From an uncultured Myxococcales bacterium (GTDB lineage: Bacteria; Myxococcota; UBA4151), in contig CAXGWI010000076.1 in NCBI GenBank assembly GCA_964013405.1, forward strand, positions 1-16,346: a stretch of DNA of 16,346 nucleotides, in the 5' to 3' direction. Positions within the stretch are counted from its first letter, which is position 1. Every line of letters begins with the position of its first letter. The notes beneath the pieces are model-generated. The model was not told the origin of the DNA and did no database searches. It worked only from the letters and a program-made list of their open reading frames with translations. Positions 1 through 6,439 of the stretch are shown here, one piece after another. The translations under genes and the position numbers were made by a program.

Positions 1-101
1 TTGTACTCTATTACCTTGTCGTTTGGCCCCTCGGGAGGGATGCGGTAGAAGCCAACGCAACTCAGCGTGAAGGCCATCATCAAACACAGGACAGAACGCA
101 T
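1..101 (-). CDS. Putative lipoprotein, partial (N-terminus only; runs off the left edge)
   Basis: Not in the ORF track. Hand translation from the ATG at 101 gives MRSVLCLMMAFTLSC-VGFYRIPPEGPNDKVIEY, open to the edge: basic residue, hydrophobic core and a lipobox-like TLSC. Confidence 0.55.
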   Translation of the reverse strand, partial: MRSVLCLMMAFTLSCVGFYRIPPEGPNDKVIEY

Positions 102-187
102 GGACACGGCTCCCACCCCCATTGTCGCGCAAAGCAGCGTCTGAGGTAAACCTTGACCTGCTCGGCGATCGACCGCAGGAGCATGTC

Positions 188-601
188 ATGACCTTCCGGA
201 TGCTTACAATCGTGGTCCTGAGCGCCTGTTCCCAAGGTGCTGACCGAAGCCCTCCAGCTCGTGATGTGGGCCTTCCCCCGGTGCCTCCGCCGCCGGCAGA
301 GGTGGAATTTCAGCCCCCAGCCGCCGCCCACCTACCAGCCACTGAAGCAGTCTTTGTCACACCGGAAGGATGTCGACGCCTGGGCCCAGGTCTCGATGGA
401 GGGGCACCCCTTCCCTGGGTTGGTGTTTGGCTCTGTCCGCAAAAACAAGAGCCATCCGTCTTAGGGACCTGGCGTCCGAACAAAGAGCTTCCTGGTGGCG
501 TTTATGAGTTCGGCGAACTCGAATGGGTCGACACCTGGTCGAAAGCGACGGAGGGATGGCGACTCACCCGGACCGTTGGTCACCGGCACGGTCAGCCTTG
601 A
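188..601 (+). CDS. Putative lipoprotein of unknown function (137 aa)
   Basis: ATG at 188 with CAGGAG at 176-181. MTFRMLTIVVLSAC has an LSAC lipobox (Cys14), followed by a Pro-rich linker (PPVPPPP) and a small Trp-rich domain with two Cys. Confidence 0.65.
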   Translation: MTFRMLTIVVLSACSQGADRSPPARDVGLPPVPPPPAEVEFQPPAAAHLPATEAVFVTPEGCRRLGPGLDGGAPLPWVGVWLCPQKQEPSVLGTWRPNKELPGGVYEFGELEWVDTWSKATEGWRLTRTVGHRHGQP

Positions 602-659
602 GGGCATCGCAAAAAGATGCTTCCACTCTCTCCGGTCACAACGAAGAGGGTGGGGTCTA

Positions 660-1370
660 ATGGCAGTCTGGGGCATCTCGGATCTCCATCTCGGCTTTCG
701 CGCCGACAAGCCCATGACGATTTTTGGCTCCCATTGGGCCGAACACCCCGATTGCATGGCCGTGACTTGGGACGAAATCGTCGCCGATGATGATGTGGTG
801 TTGGTCCCAGGGGACAACTCCTGGGCCATGCGACTTGAGGAAGCCGATCTCGACCTGGCTTGGATCGCCGATCGACCGGGCACCAAAATCCTGCTCAAGG
901 GCAACCACGACTACTGGTGGAGCTCCATCGGTCGAGTGCGAGCCGCACTGCCCGAGAGTCTCCGGGCCGTGCAAAATGACGTGATCAGTGTCGACAAGTA
1001 CCATTTCGCAGGATCGAGACTGTGGGATCAACCAGGGCATCGTGGTTTTAACGCCAATGATAGGAAGATCTTTCTGCGGGAGATCGAGCGCCTGAAGTTG
1101 AGCTTGCAGTTGGGCAAGAAAGCAGCAGCCCGTGACGGCCGAGAGTTGATCGTTCTTTGCCACTATCCTCCCTTTGCCGAAGACGGTGGCCCTTCTCCAT
1201 TCACCGAACTGATTGAAGACAGCGGCGCTCGGCTCTGCGTCTACGGGCATCTCCATGGCCGGCGAGCCCGGGGTCAGGCCCGGGCCCGAGAAGGTGAGAT
1301 CGCTGGTGTTGAGTACAGACTGCTCAGCTGCGACCTCCTCAATTTCAGCCCACTGAAGCTCCGTGAATGA
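660..1370 (+). CDS. Calcineurin-like metallophosphoesterase, DR1119/COG1768-like (236 aa)
   Basis: All five metallophosphoesterase motifs present: SDLH, PGD, KGNHD, HYPP, GHLH. Subfamily-like segments KPMTIFGxxW and GNHDYWW. ATG at 660 follows a G-rich RBS (GAGGGTGGGG). Confidence 0.9.
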   Translation: MAVWGISDLHLGFRADKPMTIFGSHWAEHPDCMAVTWDEIVADDDVVLVPGDNSWAMRLEEADLDLAWIADRPGTKILLKGNHDYWWSSIGRVRAALPESLRAVQNDVISVDKYHFAGSRLWDQPGHRGFNANDRKIFLREIERLKLSLQLGKKAAARDGRELIVLCHYPPFAEDGGPSPFTELIEDSGARLCVYGHLHGRRARGQARAREGEIAGVEYRLLSCDLLNFSPLKLRE

Positions 1371-1984
1371 GCCGGATTGATTTCGTCCTCGCCGGCCTGA
1401 CCTCATGGTCTCCCCTCGATGACCAGCCCTCCGTCACCGGATCCTACCGCTGGTTTGTGGAAGATTGGACGGGCCACCTCCCCCCTTGCGACCGCTTCGC
1501 CGAAGCATGGGGTGTCGAGATTCAGGCTTGGCCCAGGGGCTTTGCAGAACAGATCGAAACCGCTTTAGCCGGCCAAACGGTGGTGCTCGTGAGTGGTGAC
1601 CCCCTGGTCGCAACACCACACGGACACCTCCTCACCGCCCTCAAGGATCATGGCCTCAACTGTCTGGTTCGCCGCCGGCCCGGGATCATTGATCTAGTCG
1701 CTGCGCGCATCGGCCAGCGCCCCCGGCTCCTTCCAGCCAGTGCATCGGCCGAGATCGATCTCCACCTTGGCGCCCGCCAGGACCCCCTTTTGGTGGTCGA
1801 AGATGACCAAGTCGAAGACCTTTGGCATCTCGGCAAAGCCTGGCAGCAAGCCGGCTGGAAAATCACCTGTTATGCGAACCTCGGCGGCGACGACGGCTGG
1901 GAGGGCTCCCTCGAGAACGCCCCAGCGCAAGGACTTCGCTGCCTCGTCTTTCAGGGTGATTTAGGCGTCTCGCCGGCCCCGTAG
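1367..1984 (+). CDS. Class III (tetrapyrrole-methylase fold) SAM-dependent methyltransferase-like protein, most reminiscent of diphthine synthase Dph5 (205 aa)
   Basis: ATGA overlap with the upstream gene. Contains VVLVSGDPLVATPH (GDP motif of the fold), preceded by IDFVLAGL and FVEDWT and followed by a PGI segment. Confidence 0.65.
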   Translation: MSRIDFVLAGLTSWSPLDDQPSVTGSYRWFVEDWTGHLPPCDRFAEAWGVEIQAWPRGFAEQIETALAGQTVVLVSGDPLVATPHGHLLTALKDHGLNCLVRRRPGIIDLVAARIGQRPRLLPASASAEIDLHLGARQDPLLVVEDDQVEDLWHLGKAWQQAGWKITCYANLGGDDGWEGSLENAPAQGLRCLVFQGDLGVSPAP

Positions 1985-2676
1985 GCAATGATGGCATCAG
2001 CCATCGCCTCCGCTAAGGCTTCCTGATGTTTCGGATCAAGCAGTTGCTTGCGCTCCTCAGGATGGCTGACGAAGCCCAGCTCGACCAAAATGGCTGCACT
2101 GCCCGCTCGGACGAGGACGGCGAAAGGTGCCTGCCGAACACTTCGGTCTTCACCGCCTACCCGTCCGATCAGTCGGTGCTGAACCAGATGGGCCAAGCGA
2201 CTTGATGCTTCCAACATGGCCCCCTTGTCCGCATCGGTGAGGATGGCCTGGATGACGTCGTCGGTCTGGCTCTCATCCTTGGACTCGATTAACTCAAAGT
2301 TCTCCCGGGCAGCCAAGAGTCGGGCCCGCCGGTCTGTCGCCCGGCTTGAGAGAAAATAGGTCTCAACACCCCGTGCAGTCGGCCGGGTCGAAGAGTTCGC
2401 GTGGATGCTGACAAAGACTTGAGCTTTCAAGCGATTCGCCATCTCTGCCCGCTGCTGGAGACTCAAGGTACGATCGCTACGTCGCGTCAGGAGGACCCGG
2501 GCCTTGGTCTTCTCTTTGAGTAGTCGAGCAAGGCGGAGCGAAACAGCGAGACAAATTCCTTTTTCCTGGGTCCCGTCGGGCGCCACAGCACCCGGTTGGC
2601 GGCCACCGTGTCCCGGATCGATCACCACCACATCGAGACCGGCGAGAAGAACTATGCTTGACAGAAAAGGCAGCAT
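1951..2676 (-). CDS. N-acetylmuramoyl-L-alanine amidase (Amidase_3, AmiA/AmiC-like catalytic domain; 241 aa)
   Basis: Zinc and catalytic motifs VIDPGHGG, QEK, SIHANS, LVELGF; also GVETY and QAPFAVL. ATG at 2676 with AGGAG upstream (the track start at 2841 is too long). Confidence 0.92.
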   Translation of the reverse strand: MLPFLSSIVLLAGLDVVVIDPGHGGRQPGAVAPDGTQEKGICLAVSLRLARLLKEKTKARVLLTRRSDRTLSLQQRAEMANRLKAQVFVSIHANSSTRPTARGVETYFLSSRATDRRARLLAARENFELIESKDESQTDDVIQAILTDADKGAMLEASSRLAHLVQHRLIGRVGGEDRSVRQAPFAVLVRAGSAAILVELGFVSHPEERKQLLDPKHQEALAEAMADAIIAYGAGETPKSP

Positions 2677-2695
2677 ACCGCTCCTAGGGGCCTCC

Positions 2696-3106
2696 ATGGA
2701 AACCTGCATTATCTGCAGCGGCCCCCTCGAAACGGCGGAGGCCCAAGTCTGTGTGACCTGCATCGACGTGTATACGTCGCCACAGGCCCCGAGCAAGCGC
2801 GCTCGACGCAATCGGAATGCCCACGGCACGCAAGTGGGCACATCGATCCGCTGTACGCGCTGCGGCGCCCAAGATCAGGTACCTTGGCGCCCCCATTCCC
2901 TGGATCGTATCCTGTGCCGGGGCTGTGCTGCAGAAGTGATCGGTGTCTATGCCCCCGGCGTGGCCCGCCCCCACGACGATGAAGCCTATTACCGTAAAGA
3001 AGGTATTAGCTTTAACCAAGGGCGGCGGGCGAAAGAGATCGACCTCAAAGACAAGTCGGCTGGCCAAATCGTCTATCGTCGAAAAAAACGAGAGCGGGAC
3101 GACTAG
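2696..3106 (+). CDS. Double zinc-ribbon protein with CxxC-x17-CxxC domain (136 aa)
   Basis: ATG at 2696. N-terminal CIIC-x11-CVTC, then CTRC-GAQDQVPWRPHSLDRIL-CRGC (exactly 17-residue spacer with VP[FW]xP), and a basic C-terminus RRKKRER. Confidence 0.75.
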   Translation: METCIICSGPLETAEAQVCVTCIDVYTSPQAPSKRARRNRNAHGTQVGTSIRCTRCGAQDQVPWRPHSLDRILCRGCAAEVIGVYAPGVARPHDDEAYYRKEGISFNQGRRAKEIDLKDKSAGQIVYRRKKRERDD

Positions 3107-3137
3107 CGCCCCGCTCTGTTCGAGCCAAAGCAGCCCC

Positions 3138-5024
3138 TTACTTGAAGCGGAAGCCCAACTGGGTGTCCATGCCCCACCGGAAGGTATTGCGGTAACCAGC
3201 CTCGACTTTGTCTTTACGCTCTGGGTCCACGCCGGTCGTATATTCTTCCGTCGAGAAACTCTTCTGGGCGTGAATATTGAACCAAAGGATCGGGAGCAGC
3301 TTCCACCGGACGGCGGACACGAGGATTTCATTATCACCGGCCAACTTGAAGGCCTCGCCCCAGTCGGTGAAGCCCCGCAGGTGATAGGTCGCAAAGACAT
3401 CGAGAAAGGCAACCGGGTGCTCCACATGCACCATCAGGTGCTGGTTACGAGACGGATCACCGCCCAGGACATTCTCGTAGGCAATCTGCAGAGCCCAGGC
3501 TCGAGGTTTGCCGAGTTGAAGATCAACACCATAGCCATTGACCGAACTCGCATCCGCCGCTGCATCGACAGTCGCCTGGAACTTTGTGGGGTCCGTGCTC
3601 GTGGCCACCTGGCCTGGTGCCGCAAACTGATAGCGCTGCACCGCGTAAAGACTATCAAAGTAGGAAGGCACAAAGCCGGGGGCAATGTTGCGGAAATCCG
3701 TGCGAATTCTCGCCGCCCAAGTGTCCGCACCCTCGCCAAAGTTCAACCGGGCCAGCAAGCCGCCGGTGATCCCTAAGCCGCCAGCAACCTCGGTCTGCGA
3801 CGAGTTCAGGAAACTCATTTGACTGACATCAAGGTAGAGCTTGAGGTCGGTCTTCGCATCAGCACTCTTGTAGACCTTATACTCAACATCCAAGCCAATG
3901 CCGGTCACCGACCCCTGGTCGCTCGCTTCAACAATGGGGGTGTAGCCGTTCTCCTTGTCCAAGTGGAGGCATTGATTGGAGGACCCTTCCGCCGCCGCGT
4001 CGTCACCCCCCTCACAAGCGCCTCGCTTGACAGCGACCGGCGCCGCCGGGTCCATGGCCCAATGGACACCAATCGATAAAGAGCGGGGCCCGGCCGGACT
4101 CTTGGTTGGATCCGCCTTCATGATGGCGCCGATCGGCTTGATGAAGACGAGTCCACCCGACACCGACTTGTCCGGCGCAGTCAGATTGGAAAAGAAGGAC
4201 TGAAAGCCGCCGAACTTTGTGTAGGCATCAAAGGAAACACTGGTGAAGGTCGTGTCCGTCGAAAGATTCGGGTTGTAGCGCCGCAACAGGGTCTCGTGGG
4301 CCAGACTCGCAGCGCCCACACGGCTCACATTGAGGAAGAACTTGTCCTCTTTCCGGCCGTACTGAGCGTAGAGTAGCGCGGCGAGGTAATCGTTCAACTC
4401 GTCGTAATCTTCGGCCCGAAGGCCAAAGTGTTGATTGGAGAAGAGATCAGGCCGCTCATCGCCCTTCGCGTTGTAAGCCAAGGCTCGCAGCGGCATGGAC
4501 AAGCCGACACGCCACTTGGGTCGAACCAAGTGCCATTCGGGAATGAGCTTCAAGTAGATGTCTTGGTCGATCGTATCGAGACCAATGCGCCCGCCCCACT
4601 CGCTGGTCTTAGGGATGTAGACCGTGCTGCCAGCCTTCGTGAGTTCACCTTTAATGAAGAGTAAGGGCTTCGGTTTTTCCTTGGGTTCTTCTTTCTTCTC
4701 ACCCTCGGCGGCCTTGTCGCCAGCTGCAGGCTTCGCTGCATCGGTGGCTTTCTCACCCTCCGCAGCCTTTGCACCGTCTGCGGCCTTCTCGCCCTCGGCA
4801 GCCTTCTCGCCCTCCGCAGCCTTCTCGCCCTCGGCGGGCTTCTCACCCTCGGCCGTCGCTGCTGCGTCAGCCGCGGCCCCACCACCGCCAGCTGCAGGCG
4901 CGCTGTCTTCAGCCTGCATCAACGCAGTTTCATTGGGGGGCACGGCTTTCGTCCCATCATGGTGAGCCTGGGCCGGTAGGCCCATCCCGAGGACGGTGAG
5001 TGCAAGGCAAAACCTGTTCTTCAT
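3138..5024 (-). CDS. Large secreted protein, probable outer-membrane beta-barrel with N-terminal low-complexity repeat region (628 aa)
   Basis: ATG at 5024 with GGAG upstream. Sec signal MKNRFCLALTVLGMGLPAQA; many alternating amphipathic strands (GIGLDVEYK, GYGVDLQLG); aromatic C-terminal strand WGMDTQLGFRFK. Confidence 0.75.
   Translation of the reverse strand: MKNRFCLALTVLGMGLPAQAHHDGTKAVPPNETALMQAEDSAPAAGGGGAAADAAATAEGEKPAEGEKAAEGEKAAEGEKAADGAKAAEGEKATDAAKPAAGDKAAEGEKKEEPKEKPKPLLFIKGELTKAGSTVYIPKTSEWGGRIGLDTIDQDIYLKLIPEWHLVRPKWRVGLSMPLRALAYNAKGDERPDLFSNQHFGLRAEDYDELNDYLAALLYAQYGRKEDKFFLNVSRVGAASLAHETLLRRYNPNLSTDTTFTSVSFDAYTKFGGFQSFFSNLTAPDKSVSGGLVFIKPIGAIMKADPTKSPAGPRSLSIGVHWAMDPAAPVAVKRGACEGGDDAAAEGSSNQCLHLDKENGYTPIVEASDQGSVTGIGLDVEYKVYKSADAKTDLKLYLDVSQMSFLNSSQTEVAGGLGITGGLLARLNFGEGADTWAARIRTDFRNIAPGFVPSYFDSLYAVQRYQFAAPGQVATSTDPTKFQATVDAAADASSVNGYGVDLQLGKPRAWALQIAYENVLGGDPSRNQHLMVHVEHPVAFLDVFATYHLRGFTDWGEAFKLAGDNEILVSAVRWKLLPILWFNIHAQKSFSTEEYTTGVDPERKDKVEAGYRNTFRWGMDTQLGFRFK
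4695..4856 (-). repeat. Nine degenerate 18-bp coding tandem repeats (AAEGEK hexapeptide)
   Basis: Plus-strand unit approximately cttctc(g/a)ccctc(g/c)gc(a/g)gc; encodes TAEGEK PAEGEK AAEGEK AAEGEK AADGAK AAEGEK ATDAAK PAAGDK AAEGEK. Confidence 0.9.
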
Positions 5025-5049
5025 AGAAACTCCGTTTCCGTTCGTGGGG

Positions 5050-5080
5050 TGATCATGGATGATCAAGCGCGACCCTTCAA
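5050..5080 (-). promoter_or_regulatory. Candidate sigma70-type promoter of the beta-barrel gene, overlapped by a 16-bp palindrome
   Basis: Minus strand TTGAAG (5080-5075)-N17-CATGAT (5057-5052); inverted repeat TGATCAT-GG-ATGATCA at 5050-5065. Confidence 0.4.
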
Positions 5081-5144
5081 GCCCCGTAAAGCATTGACAC
5101 GCGGGCGTCTTCCCCCCAGCGTGGGCTAACTTTGGAATTTGCCC

Positions 5145-5696
5145 ATGGCATCGAAGAACGATCCAACCAAGACGCTCCAGCCGGAATTAGAAGGCCTGCG
5201 GCAGGAATGGGATCGTTTTATCCAGGGCCTTGAGAAACGCCCGCCCATTCCTCGGCAGGAAAAGTTCGCCAAGAAAATGAGGCAGGCCATGGCGACACGA
5301 CAAATGGGTCACGTCGAACGTTTCAAGCTCAATCAACTTCAACAGCGGTTTATGACCTTGCGCAACCGCTGGGAGCGCGTTCTCCGGCAGATTGAAGATG
5401 GCACCTTCCGCCGTGAACGAACGAATCGGCCTTCAGCAGCTCCAGCACCGATGGTGATGCCGGGAAGTCAGCCCCCCACACAATCGACGACAAATAACCC
5501 AGATGATGCCGCCTTCGAGCGCTTTAAGTCCATTAATGATCGGGGTGGCGCTCAAACCCCGAGCCGGGAAGCTTTCCTCAGGTCCCTCGAGAGCAAGCGG
5601 GCTGCGATGCGAGAAAAGTACGGCTTCAATGTGAAGTTCGAGGTGGAAGACAAGGGTGGCAAACCCTCTTTGAAGGTGGTCAAAAGCGAGGACTGA
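5145..5696 (+). CDS. Conserved hypothetical protein resembling MXAN_5187 C-terminal-domain-containing proteins (183 aa)
   Basis: N-terminal helical domain (WDRFIQGLEKRPP...RFKLNQLQQRF...WERVLRQIEDGTFRR), Pro/Thr linker, C-terminal VKFEVEDKGGKPSLK. The pattern is recalled from myxobacterial/deltaproteobacterial proteins and the family name is unverified. Confidence 0.6.
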   Translation: MASKNDPTKTLQPELEGLRQEWDRFIQGLEKRPPIPRQEKFAKKMRQAMATRQMGHVERFKLNQLQQRFMTLRNRWERVLRQIEDGTFRRERTNRPSAAPAPMVMPGSQPPTQSTTNNPDDAAFERFKSINDRGGAQTPSREAFLRSLESKRAAMREKYGFNVKFEVEDKGGKPSLKVVKSED

Positions 5697-6439
5697 TGAC
5701 CGTTCTCATCGTGGCGAGCTTCGCGGCCTTCGCCGGGGCATTTCTCTCAGCCTGCATCGGCCTCGGTGGGGGCACACTCTTTATCGCCTGCCTCTACCTG
5801 GTCTTCGACCCACTGGTGGCGATCGCCCTGCACGGGGTCGTACAGATCGTGAACAACGCCGCGCGTTTGATTGTCTTCCGGCAGGCTGCTGTGGGAACCA
5901 TCATCCGTCCATTTCTCGTGGCGCTGCTGCCGGCCGTGGCCCTCGGCTGGTATCTGCTCGGCATCCTCGACAGCATCGTCTTGCAGGGGCTTCTGGGCGC
6001 CTTCATCCTGGTCAGCCTCACCACCCCTCTACTCACCCGGCTCACCCCTGGCCCCCGCGGTTGGTTTGGAATCGGCTTCGGCGCGACGCTGAGCTCCATG
6101 CTGGTCGGCGCTGCGGATCCGGCCCTCGCCCCTTTCTTCCTAGGCGAGCGGTTTCAGAGGCAGCAGATCATCGCCACCAAAGCAGCCTGCCAACTGGCCA
6201 CCCATATCCCGAAAGTTCTGCTCTTCGCGGTCCTCGGCATGCAGACTCAAGAGGGCTTTCGATACGCGGACCACAGCGGCGTGCTGCTCGCGATGATCGT
6301 CGCCGTCGTCCTGGGCGTCGTCGCCGGCAAGCGGACGAAGGTCAACCAGGCCCTCTTCCGTGGCCTCTTCCGAGGGGTTTTGTTCGTGCTTGGACTGAAG
6401 TTGCTGGTCTGGGATGCCCTGCGAACAGGCTGGTCTTAG
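5696..6439 (+). CDS. Sulfite exporter TauE/SafE (TSUP) family membrane protein (247 aa)
   Basis: TGATG overlap with the upstream gene; about 8 hydrophobic segments; N-terminal GLGGG motif with a degenerate second-half repeat (VGAADP) and IIATKAACQ. Confidence 0.85.
   Translation: MTVLIVASFAAFAGAFLSACIGLGGGTLFIACLYLVFDPLVAIALHGVVQIVNNAARLIVFRQAAVGTIIRPFLVALLPAVALGWYLLGILDSIVLQGLLGAFILVSLTTPLLTRLTPGPRGWFGIGFGATLSSMLVGAADPALAPFFLGERFQRQQIIATKAACQLATHIPKVLLFAVLGMQTQEGFRYADHSGVLLAMIVAVVLGVVAGKRTKVNQALFRGLFRGVLFVLGLKLLVWDALRTGWS

Noticed and set aside
1367..1984. Calling this gene dph5 or a cobalamin methyltransferase outright
   Set aside because: Similarity was judged by eye, several motifs have drifted, and no diphthamide or cob/cbi partner genes are in the window.
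3107..3137. Bidirectional terminator between the convergent zinc-ribbon and barrel genes
   Set aside because: No convincing stem or U/A tracts in the 31-bp gap.
2684..3776. ORFs 2684-3427 (-) and 2943-3776 (+)
   Set aside because: They overlap better-supported genes and show no recognisable domains.
122..5066. ORF-track starts at 122, 495, 2504, 2841 and 5066
   Set aside because: Downstream ATGs (188, 660, 2696, 2676, 5024) have better RBSs, match domain or signal-peptide boundaries, and mostly avoid long overlaps.
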